The notes under the pieces were generated by a model that did not search any database, had not been told where the DNA came from, and saw only the letters and a program-made list of their open reading frames with translations. Below, piece after piece: positions 24,769 through 37,566 of a DNA stretch of 64,000 nt. The first letter of the stretch is position 1, and every line of letters begins with the position of its first letter. The DNA is from Octopus sinensis (Eukaryota). The stretch covers positions 39,866,001-39,930,000 of the forward strand of contig NC_043003.1 of the NCBI RefSeq assembly GCF_006345805.1, in the 5' to 3' direction. The translations under genes and the position numbers were made by a program.

Positions 24769-27700
24769 GTTTCAAATTTTGCCACAAGGGCAGCTATTTT
24801 GGCAGTGGGGATAAGTCGATCACATCAACCCCAGTACTCAACTGGTACTCATTTTATCAATCCCAAAAGGATGAAAAGCAAAGTCGACCCTGGTGGAATT
24901 TGAACTCAGAATGTAGTGATGGGTGAAATACCACTAAGCATTTCGTCTAGTGTGCTAACAATTCTGCTGGCTCGCCGCCCTATTAATAATAATAGTAATA
25001 GTAATAATAATAATATTAATAGTAATAATAATAATAGTAATAGTAATAATAATAATATTAATAGTAATAATAATAATAGTAATAGTAATAATAATAATAA
25101 TGGTTTCAAATTTCGGCACAAGACCAGCAGTTTTTGAAGGGAGACGGGGAGAGGGAAGTTGATTACTTTGACTCCAGTGCTCGACTGGTGCTTATTTCAT
25201 CAACTCTGAAAGGATGAAAGGCAAAGTCAACCTCGGTGGAATTTGAACTCAGAATGTAAAGCTGAATGAAATCCTGCTCAGCATTTGTCCGGCATGCTAA
25301 TGATTCTTCCAACTTGCTGCCTTAACAAAAATAATAACAAAATGAATAATGGTTTCAATATTGGCAGAAGCCCAGCAATTTTAAGGGAAGCCGGTTAGTC
25401 GATTACAGAACTCAGTTCTTGACTGGTACTTCATTTTTAACGACCCTGAAAAGATGGAAGGTAAAATTGACTTTGATTGGATTTGAACTCAGGACATAAG
25501 AAATAAGAGCAATAAGAAATACCTCTTTACACTCATGTATTTTGTACAGCAGCAAGAGAAGTTCATTTCTTATATCTGTATTGTCTTCATTACATATTTT
25601 ACATTATATATTACATTATTCATCTTTTCCTTTATTAATTCCCTTTACTCCCCTTTCAAATTCTTTTCATTATTGCTTTCCTCCCCTTGTAGGCTCGTAT
25701 GCAGCGAGGTAATGTCCTACTAAAACAGGGACAGTTAGATGAAGCAAAGGATGACTATACGACTGTGGTAAGTATTACATTCTTTATTTGTGTGTTTATT
25801 TGTAATAAACTACCAGTAGTAGTTAATTATAGTGAGATCTGCTGACACACACTTCATGTACCAATCTTTGACAATGCCTTTACTGTTTCATGTCAGATTT
25901 ATAGCTTGTAGAAAGTTGGTTGAACTATGAGATGTGATTCACAGATTCAGTATTCCAAAAGCATCATGTTTCCACCTGATTGAACACCACATTATACCCT
26001 CTAAAATGCAATGATTTCTCATTCAAGATGACTTATGGCAGTCTTGGCCTTTTGCAATTTTCTTCATTGAGTGTTCCTATATAGTTGTTTTTTAGTTCCA
26101 GATCAACTCTGATTCAACAGACTTATTACCAAAAGCATTCCATTACGTCTTTTATTTAGATACATTAGGACTACATTAGCTGATGTATCCTTCCCTTCTT
26201 CAGATAGTAGGTTGTGATTTTTAGGGAGATTTTGCTGCTATTTCTAGCTGGTCAAGCGAGCTTGTAGAGGTTTTCCTGGTGGTAAATACACTAAAGTTGG
26301 TAAATGTGAGCTTGGTTGGTGCACAAGAGTTATTGCTCCTTTTCACTTACTATTGATGTACCTTCCAATTGATGTACAGTGTTTAGAATTAATGGATCTT
26401 TTCCCTTTCAACGGCAGATTGAGAAATTAATTTTTTGTAACTAAACACTTTCAAACTTCCAACACTGGTAGAATGTGTCCTATAAAACATCTTTTGCTCT
26501 TAGTGTTGTTGAGAAAATTTTCTATTTTCAAAGTTATTTCATGTTAAATTTTTTGTATTTAGGTAATTTCAACCAATCAGTGACGTGTATACAGCTGAAT
26601 AAAATTACTGCCATTGTTTATCAACAACAACTATCGGCAGTGTATATTTTGTTTGTTACTGTTATTTATGACATCGTTAGTGCGTTTGTACTAGTTTTAG
26701 GGTTTTAGGGTTAGGGTTGGGGTTATGGAAAAAAGTGAAAAAAATGAAAATATTGGAGGGGGAGGGGGACAAAAAAGTCTTTCTGAAAATAATAGCTGAA
26801 AAAAAGGAAATAGAAAACTAAAAGCAGTAGAAATGCACGAACGATTATGGTGGTGCCATGAAGTAAACATGCTTCAGATACACTTGTTTATTCATACAAA
26901 CCTAACTGAGATGAAATATGTCATAAATAACAGTGACAAACGAAATATACATAGCTGGAAGTTGTTGTTGACAAACAACAGCAGTAATTTTATTCAGCTG
27001 GATACACATCATTGATTGGTTGAAATTACTGAAATACAACAACTTTAACACGAAATAACTTCGAAAATAGAAAATTTTCTCAATAACACTAAGAGTAAAA
27101 GATGTTTTATATGACACATTCTACTAGTGTCGGAAGTTTGAAAGTTACAAAATATTAATTTCTCGATTTGCTAATTGAAAGGGAAAAGATCTGAATTAAT
27201 GAGGCTGCATTTTAAAAATAATGTTATAGTAGTGTTCTAGTGTGATTGAGATGTATCTAGATGTCTGAAGATGATTGAACATGTATTTTCTGGCAAGGGC
27301 TGTGAGCTTGTTGCAGCCACAAACTGGCTCCTCATATATCCAGGAAGTCTTTCATTATGAGTATTTTGGTTTCATTGTGTAAGTGACCTGTGTGCAGCTT
27401 GTGATGATGTAATATGCAGCAATTTGTACCCTGGGTAAGTTGTAGTTGATATTTTAATACAGATTAACTCAGATTTACCAAAAGTTAAGTTTAGTTAATT
27501 TTTTGGCTCAAAAAGCAAGGCCATGTAGGGGGACATGGAGTTATGTACAGAGTGGTGTTCATGCAAAGAGTTCAGGCCATTTCTGGTCAAGAGAGACTTT
27601 GAACCGAGCGGTCGTTGGCATCTTCACTATCTCGTCCGGCAGCTTATTCCATGGATCCGCAACCCGGACGGAAAAAGCCCCTCTCCTTCAATTGAGATGA

Positions 27701-29074
27701 AATCGTTGCAGATAGAGCTTTTCGGAGTAACCCCACAGCCGACGCTCTGGAGCAGGAGTGAAGAACAACTCTTTCGAGAGGTTACACTTTTTGCTTAAAG
27801 GCATTGTAGCTATGAACATCCAGTACTTTTTCAGTTACTGGACAATTTTATCCAATGTTCCCTTGTTTTGTTTTAAGATAATATTCTGGGCCTGGGATTT
27901 GAGGGAGACTTGGGTGCAGAGCAAGTTATCATGTGGAGTTCCCCTACTTTGGCTCATGTTTGGGTATGTGTTGTGAGTTGTAGTGTGTGTCAGTGTGGGT
28001 ATGTTGTGTTATGCAGTGTAGTTTTTGTTCGTGTAAGTTATAGCATGTTGGTATGGGTATATGGTGTTGTCAGGTGTAGCAAGTCAGTCTCTTTTACTCT
28101 TTTACTTGTTTCAGTCATTTGACTGTGGCCATGTTGGAGCACCGCCTTTTAGTCAAGCAAATCGACCGCAAGACTTATTCTTTGTAAGCCTAGTACTTAT
28201 TCTGTTGGTCTCTTTTGCCGAACTGCTAAGTTACGGAGACGTAAACACACCAAGCGATGTTGGGGGGACAAACACAGACACACAAACATATACACACACA
28301 CATGTATATATATATATAAACATATATACGACGAACTTCTTTCAGTTTCCGTCGACCAAATCCACTCAGAAGGCTTTGGTCGACCCTAAGCTATAGAAGA
28401 CACTTGCCCAAGGTGCCACGCAATGGGACTGAACCCAGAACCATGTGGTTCATAAGCAAGCTACTTACCACACAGGCACTCCTGGGAGTAGGCATATTTG
28501 GCAGGTAATGTGTTGGAGTCAAGAGACTCATGAGAGATGGAGTATGAGTGTTGGTATTGGGTGGAAGTGTGATTATATTTGCATAGAGTTTTGTTTGAAC
28601 TTCTTTGTTTCCACTCCCTTCATCTGATTGTTGAAGGTAATTAACGATGTTGTTTGATTAAAATCACCCTTGATATAAAACTGACTTTAGGTGTTTCGGT
28701 GAACATCATTTTGTAGATCCCTGTGTTGTCTGTAAACCCCATTTTAGAAAAGTATGGGATCCACAGGCTTTCCTGTATATGTCTTTAATCTCCTTTTTAT
28801 GTTTGTTTCGTATAGTTGAAATTTGACCCCAATCACAGCCAAGCCCAGAAACAATTAGACTTGATTGACCCCCTAAAAGCAGAGATATCTGAAGCAAAAG
28901 CCAGATACAAGAGCGGTGACCATCAGGCAGCCATAGATCACTTAACAAAAGCCATTGAGGTTAGTGATTTTATTTTTTTCACATCTTGGTTGTTGTCCTT
29001 ATTAAATCATCTCTTTTCAGTTTCATGTTTTTGTTTTATTTTATACTCGATATTTGAATTTATTATTTTGTGTT

Positions 29075-29110
<36 letters not shown>

Positions 29111-29120
29111 TTACATACAT

Positions 29121-29151
<31 letters not shown>

Positions 29152-32100
29152 GTCAGTAATTCATATATCTGAAAAGAAGCATACTCTAAAACATTTGAGT
29201 AGTAATATATTTTTAGGAAATTGATTCTTAAGATCATTCTCTGACTGGTCATGACTATCAGCTTCCTATATATATATATATATTAAAATTAAAATGAGGG
29301 TGAACAATTCTTAGTGGTTAAGACCATAGCGGATCTTCTAGCATAAGGGTTTCCACAGTGGTAAAATTCCCTCTTATATATATATATATATAAATTGTTT
29401 TTGAGTTTATGTAATTTCTTTTAGTTTTTGATACATCCAAAGTAGTTTATGTATCGTGAACTTCTCTAATTTTCCATAATGTTAAATTTCCAAGCAGTAT
29501 ATCTTCTTACCTTGATACAGGTAAGAGACAATCTTGGCAGGATTCAAACTTAAGGCTAGGAACATCCCATATCTGAGTTATAGTTTGTTCCTTTTAATGA
29601 AGCTAGTGATAGATTCGAAAAATGTAAAAAGCTAATTGCAACTTCATGTGATTTGAGGTTCTGAACATATTGTCAACAAGTATGGACAGCACGATTGTTG
29701 TTCACTGTAATGACTTCACCTGTGAGAATTTAAATCCTTATATAAAATTTGGGCCCTCAGGATGTCTGTGGCCCAGAGTTATGGTACACTGGTATCATGA
29801 ATTGTCATCTCTTCAATATAAAATATAGTTTGTTATCGGACCAATCACATTAAGTAAAGCTTTGAGTTTGGTGTAATTAGATGTGATTTGAACTTCAGAA
29901 CTGTAAGATTTAATCTTGTTGCCAGTATGTATAGATTGCAGTTAGAATACAGATTTTGTGTTTTTTATTTATTTTTTTTTTTAAATTTTACATCTTGATC
30001 ATGCTATAACCCTTCACCTGTTGCAGGTTTGTCCATGGAGCCCAGAACTGAAGGAGATTCGGTCTGAATGCTACATTGCTCTAGGCGATTTGTTAAAAGC
30101 AATCCACGACATCCGTCCAACTACGAAATTACGCAATGATAATACAGCTGCCTTTTTGAAACTCAGTCTTTTACATTATCAATTGGGGGAAGCAGATGAC
30201 TCTCTCAGGTGAGTTGTCAGAATGTAGTTGCTCCCTTCTGGATCCTTCATACATCTATATATTTAGCATTTGTGCTCAACAAGACCTACCCACCACAACA
30301 CAACTGAGATCCTAAAACCAAGGTGTCATGTAAAAAGCATTGGTGTGGGTACTGGTGCCATATAAAAAGCCCTGATGGTGGTACCATGTCAAAAGCACTC
30401 ATTACACTCTGTAAAGTGGTTGGCATTAGGAAGGGCATCCAGCTGTAGAAACCTAGCCTAAATAGACTATGGAACCTGGTGCAGCCCCTGGCCTTGCCAG
30501 TTCCTATCAAGCCATCCAACCCATGCCTGCATGGAAAACAAACATTAATAATGATGATGATGATTATGTTTGCTTGTGTGTATGTGTGAATTACTCTTAG
30601 TTAGGTGGGAGTTATCCTATAGATATGTGAGCATCATTAAACTTAAAGGGCTCGACTGGTGGAGAAGATTCTGTAAATGAACAAAGAAACAGGCTTGATA
30701 AAAGGTGCCTCAGCAGCTGTAGAGGAAGAACATGCTTGTTCTTTTCGTGATTCACTAACCAGTCCCAAAGTTTGGCTTGCACTATATATGAGTCCACCAT
30801 GGTTTCCATATGAAGAGGCACTGACTGCTGTCATCTCATAACTCTATGAAAATAATAAAAGCCAAACATCCATAAAGCCTGTCTGCAAGGAAAAAGTTTA
30901 CAGTTAATTAAGTCTTTGTGTGTGTGTGTTGCTGTTTTCCATATAGCTATAGATGCTTGCGGTTATCTTGAAGCAAATTTTTTTTTTGCATTCTGTTCAG
31001 TACACAACTCTTTAGTTAGACTGAAACCAAATGTTAGTTAAGCAAATTCATCATTGTTTAACGTCTGTTTTCCATGCTAGTATGGGTTGGACGATTTGAC
31101 TGAGGACTGGTGAACCAGATGGCTGCACCAGGCTCCAATCTGATCTGGCAGAGTTTCTACAGCTGGATATCCTTCCTAATGCCAACCACTCCGAGAGTGT
31201 AGTGGGTGCTTTTACATGCCACCGGCTCGAGGACCAGTCAGGCAGTACTGGCAATGGCCACGCTCAAGTGGTGTTTTTTACGGGCGACCTACATAGGAGC
31301 CAGTCCAGCGGCACTGGCAATGACCTTGCTTGAATGTTGTTTTTCCCATGCCACCAGCACAAGTGCTAGTAAGGCGATGTTGGTAATGCAAGTAAGGTGG
31401 GCAAGCAATTGTGCATAATACATAGAGCTGGATTAAGGTTTGAGCTTGCCCAATAAATGGTTAAAAGCCATTTTGCAGTAATTGTTCCTAACCATTTGTG
31501 ACTTGACATACCCCTGACCTGTGTAAGACTACATGGGTATAAGCTTAGATATTTTGAGATCCTTTTTTTCTATTGTGCACCACAGCAAGGCACCCCTCTT
31601 TGCTCAGTTTGTTCAACCAGCCAAAAACATGTTCTATGACCTTTTTCTTCACATTTGAATGGATTAGTGACCAGAAATTAATCCAACCAACGATAAAAAC
31701 AATCACCTCAACATATAAACCATTTCATTCATGCTAGCAAAGAAAAATTAATGTAAATCTGCAAAAACAAAAATTTTGTTTTATCATTTTCACTCTTTCT
31801 TTTTCTCATACCCCATCTCTCTCCACTCTATCTTTCTCTCTTCCTGTCTTTCTCCCATCTCTTTCTGTTCCCCTCTTTTTCTCTCTTCCCCTCTTTCTTT
31901 TTCTTTCTCTCTCCTTCCCTCTTTCCGTCTAAGATATATTCTTTGCTGTTTTCAAATTCCAAATAGAGTTACTCATAAGAAATAGTAAAACTGATTTGCA
32001 AAACTGACTTTGAAAAAATTATATTTTATTTTGTTTATCTATTTCTGTTGTTATCTTCTGGTTTTATTTTCTGCTCTTAATTTCTGTCAGTAATTCCTGA

Positions 32101-33549
32101 CATTAATTCCTGCCATTCATTTCAGTCAAATCCGTGAATGCTTAAAGTTAGACCCTGATCATAAAGACTGCTTCCAGCATTATAAGAAGGTGAAGAAATT
32201 GGTAAAACTTATTAATGCAGCACAAGAACAAGCAAACTCACAATCTTATGAAGAATGTATCCAAAAAGCTAATCAAATTCTTGAAATGGAGAATAAAAAT
32301 CAACAATTTATTCTAAAGGGCAAGTCCTTCCTTTGTCATTGTAATTCCAAAGTAAGTGACTTTTTTCTGTTTTTTGCATTCTTGTTTGACATTTTTGTTT
32401 TTTTTTCATCAATTCCTTGCATTTCTATTTCACCTCTACTTACCTTCTTTCTCTTTTAGTCTCATTTGGTGTGTATGTGTGTGTGTGTGTATAATATACA
32501 TATATAAAGGGTAAAGATTTCCTTCTGTCATGACTGACCATGGGATTACACTGCGCGAGAAGACCCGGCAGGACAAGTGAGTCCACAACCCGTGGCCTTC
32601 TACATGGGATGGAGCCAGCCTACGTATGCATACCTTCCCTTCTTGGGACACAAAACTCTACTTGTGAAGACGTGTTGAGGCAAGTGAGGATCAGAATGGA
32701 AATTGCGGATGTGCTACCAGTGCCGGTGGCATGTCGAAACTCTGCTTGTGAAGACCCATTGAGGCAAGTGAGGATCAGAATCGAAATCGATCAATGGAAA
32801 TTGCAGATGTGTTACCAGTGCCGGTGGCATGTAAGAGAACTTTCCGTTTCGCGACCATTGCCAGCACTGCCCCGTTTCGTGTCCGTTGCCAGCCTCGCCT
32901 GGCCCTCGTGCCGGTGGCACATAAAAAGCACCATCCGTTCGTGGCCGTTTTCCAGCTCTGTCTGGCACCAGTGCGGGTGGCACGTAAAAAGCACCCACTA
33001 CACTCACGGAGTGGTTGGCGTTAGGAAGGGCATCCAGCCGTAGAAACACTGCCAGATTTGACTGGGCCTGATGAAGCCTTCTGGCTTCACAGACCCCAGT
33101 AGAACCGTCCAACCCATGCTAGCATGGAAAACGGACGCTAAATGATGATGATGATGATGATGATGAGTTCCCCTCAGAGGTACAAGTCCAGGCAAGGTTG
33201 TTTATGGAAGATCAGGAGTTGCCCATGCATACCAGCCTGCACTCTCTATGCCACTGATGTTATCCAAGGGAAAGGCAAAGGCTGATACAGCTTGGCACCA
33301 GTGACTTCGCAACTCATTTCTATAGCTGAGTGAACTGGAGCAACATGGAATAAAGTGTCTTGCTCAAGAACACAACATACAGCTCAGTCTGGGAATCAAA
33401 CTCACCACTTCATGATTGCGAGCCCAACACTCTAACCACTGAGCCATGCACCTTCAGTGTACATACATACATATATATATATATAAACACACACACAATG
33501 TACATATATACAACATGCACATGTACAAATATACATACACACACGTATA

Positions 33550-33592
<43 letters not shown>

Positions 33593-33826
33593 AGGTTTGG
33601 AGATGATGTACAGGTATTATATATTAGAGAAATGAGGTACTAGAAGATCGGATGGTTATATTTACAGATATTTATTTGTATATTCCATTTTTTATATATA
33701 TATCATATCACTTAGATCATTAGAAAGCACTAATGATCTAAGTGATATGATATATATATAAAAAATGGAATATACAAATAAATATCTGTAAATATAAACC
33801 ATCCGATCTTCTGAGTACCTCATTTC

Positions 33827-33880
<54 letters not shown>

Positions 33881-36800
33881 TCACACACACATATATGTAC
33901 ACATACACAAATCAAATAAGAAGGGATTAAAAATCCAAGCTGATTCCACAATCTGCACTTTCGCAAATGTTGGCTAACACAGTGTATATAAGTAGATTGT
34001 TTACCTTAAAGAAAATTGCTCATACAAAGTGAAAGGTCTAATAAATTGTAGGATGTGATTCGAGGGAGGTTTGGCTGATATTTCTAGCAGGTTGAGTCAC
34101 CATACAGAGGCTGATTATGGGAATCTAAGCTCTCAAGAGTCAAGTGCATAAATTCTCATTACAGGAATTAAAGATTAAAGGTTACTGCTCAAAATATTAG
34201 TCTCTTATTCCATGTCATGTAAATGACATGCTTTGCTTCAATATCTGTTGTTTAAATATTGTCATTGTAACCTTTTCACATTTAACTCTGTAGCATTCAG
34301 ATTACTCTGTCAAATGTAATGCTTATTTATGCACATTGTTTGGAATTAATAATATAATATCTGATAGCTTCAAAATTTCGATGAGATGATTGCATGCTTT
34401 TTAAAATGACATTGTAGAGTAGGTGTGAGAGATCAGATCTATTTGGTTTGTGTATAAAACAGGTAGAATATTTGGACTGGATATGGTCAGTTTAAATGCT
34501 AAAAGGTTAAACTAGCCATATCTGGCCCAAATATTCTACTGGGTTGTCCGGAAAGTTCGTGCCAATTTATAGTAGCTTACCTTTCATCTTATTTTAGAAT
34601 ATGGTTGAGTCCATAAAATAGGATTTGACTACACCTCCATTTAGAGCACAGTTTAAGCTATCTTTTCATGGAGGAAGGTTTATGTTCCTATAACCTGTGT
34701 TAATTCTGTAACCCTTTAAAATGGAAGATAAGAAAGTTCATTTTCGGCACTTGATGCTTTGGGAACCAGACAAAAATTGCTGCAGCTCGGCTGGGATATG
34801 TTACCCCACCCTCCATATTCACCAGATATTGCTCCTTCAGATTTCCACTTATTCAGGTCTCTGCAGAATAGTCTTAATGGTAAAAATTTCAATTCCATGG
34901 ATGACGTAAAAAGATACCTTGATGAATTCTTTGCCATGAAACCACCTCAATTCTGGGAAGAGGGTATTTTCAAATTAAAGGGAAGATGGAGACACATTAT
35001 GCAACATAATGGTTCATATTTGGTTGATTAAAAATGTAATGGCAAGTATTTATTGAATGTTTTCTTTCCTTTAAAAATTGGCACAAACTTTCCGGACAAC
35101 CCAAAACTTGTTTTATGTTCAGATCTGGCCTCTTCCATCTAGCCTACAATGTCATTTTAAAAGTAAACAGTCACATCATGCAAGATAATGCATGATGAAT
35201 TCAAAATGATGTGAATACATAAGCATTACATTTCACTGAATAATATGAATGCTAAAGGGGTTGTTAAAGGTTAACCATTGATTAGTTGTAATGTGAAACA
35301 CTTTCATATAAATATTTTCTTTTTATTTTAACAAAGGCTGGCTTTGAAAAAGAGGCAATCAAGAAGTGTAGTGAAGTTCTCACAATAGACTCCAACAATG
35401 TGGATGCTTATTGCGACCGAGCTGAAGCTTATATTAAAGCCACCCAGTACAACGACGGTAAGTGGTTTGATCATCAGTGAAGGCTGCAAACAGCTGAGGT
35501 GTATAAGAGGAAATTGTTTGTTGTATGACTGAGTGTCCATTGTAAGGTCTAGAACAGGCATGGCCATTTTTTTTTTTTTGCGTATGAAGGGGAAGGGGGT
35601 TGATCTAATTGACTGGCCCCCTCCCCAAACATTTTGGCCTTGTGCCTAGAGTAGGAAAAGATATTGTCTACACTCATTTTCGTTACATTTTGTCCTTCAT
35701 TGTAATTCCATATCACAACTTAGTTCCTTTTTTCCATTCCTCTATAGCGGTTAACGATTACCAACAAGCACAGAATATCGACTCAGAATCACATAGAGTC
35801 CAAGAAGGTCTGGAGAAAGCTAAAAAAATTCTTAAGCAATCAAAAAGAAGAGATTATTATAAAATCCTTGGTGTACGAAGGTTGGTTTCATTCTCTTTCT
35901 CTCTCTCTCTTCCACTTTGTCTCCTGCCCACTCTCTCTTTTCCTCTTCTCTCTCTCATCTTCTCTCTGTTTTTATATATAAACTTCTGTAGCTACAATAC
36001 AGACAATACAAATTGCATATAGGATATATGCAATTTGTATTGTCTGTACTGTAGCTAAAGAAGTTTATATACCCTTCTGTAAGCTTTTGAATAAGTCAAA
36101 ATGTAGATGTTAGATTTTGTATATGCTGTTGTGCATCAACAGATCATAATGAAGATGAAGAAATGTCTATGGCTTTTGTATAGGTTGTCATGTATTTAAC
36201 ACTTTAGCATTCAGATTTGCTTGTCAAATCAAATGCTTACTTATTCTCATTATTTTGAATTAATCATGCATTATCTTGTAGCTTCAAGAATTTGATGGTA
36301 TGTTTGTTATATTTTTAGAATGACATTGTAGGGTAGGTGTGAGAGATTGAACCTGATCAGTTTTAACATAAAACAGAATATTTGGGCAGGATATGGCTAG
36401 ATTAAATGCTAAAAGGTTGAAACGCATCTATAGGAATTTATATTGCCTAGAATGTGTACATACTTTATAGATATGCATAAGCATTGGCTCTATAGCTGTG
36501 TGTCACATGTAGTCAGTGAAGACTTGTATTTAATAACTATATGCATTTGTGCATATTGTAATATACTGTAGGACTGTATATGACTTTAATCTATGGAGAT
36601 TTATATAGCAGATGCTGCAGGATCAGTGTTTAGTCGTTAGAGCATTGGGCTCACAATCATGAGGTAGTGAGTTTGATTCCCGGAACGGGCAGTGTGTTGT
36701 GCTCTTGAGCAAGACACTTTATTTCACATTGCTCCAGTCCACTCAGCTGTAGAAATGAGTTGCAATGTCACTGGTACCAAGCTGTATCAGTCTTTGCCTT

Positions 36801-37514
36801 TCCCTTGGATGACATTGATGGCTTGGAGAGGGAGAGGCTGGTATGCAGAGGTGACTGGTGGTCTTCCATAAACAACCTTGCCCAAACTTGTACCTTGGAG
36901 GGGAACTTTCTAGGTGCAATCCCATGGTCATTCATGACCGAAGGGGGCCTTTACTCAATATTTGGAGATTTACATAACTTGTACTGTAGTTATAAGTGTT
37001 TGTATAACTTGTAGTCTGTTATATGTTGATTTTCATAGGCTTTAATGTTACATAGTTTATGCTGCCTTAAATTTATGTAAGGATTTGTACAATCTCTATG
37101 TTATGATAATATTTTTGCCAGGAATGCAGACAAACGTACGATACTAAGGGCATACAGAAAGCTGGCTGTGAAATGGCACCCTGATAAATATGATAATGAA
37201 GAGGACAAAAAGAATGCACAGCAACACTTCATTGATATTGCTGCTGCCAAAGAGGTTTTGACCAATCCTGGTGAGTGTTTGGTGACGGCACTAAGAATGT
37301 TTAAATGCTCATGTAGATTCACACTCACATCCACTCCCCAGCAATCTCTCGCCTCACAAGACATTTTCTCTCTTGCTCTCTCTCTCTCTCTTTCTCACTT
37401 TCTTTCTTTACCACATTCACCATATAAAGTGAGATCACTACCCAAAGTTACGGGGAAGTAAACACACCAGCATCGGTTGTCAAGCGATGTTGGGGGGACA
37501 AACACAGACACATA

Positions 37515-37566
<52 letters not shown>

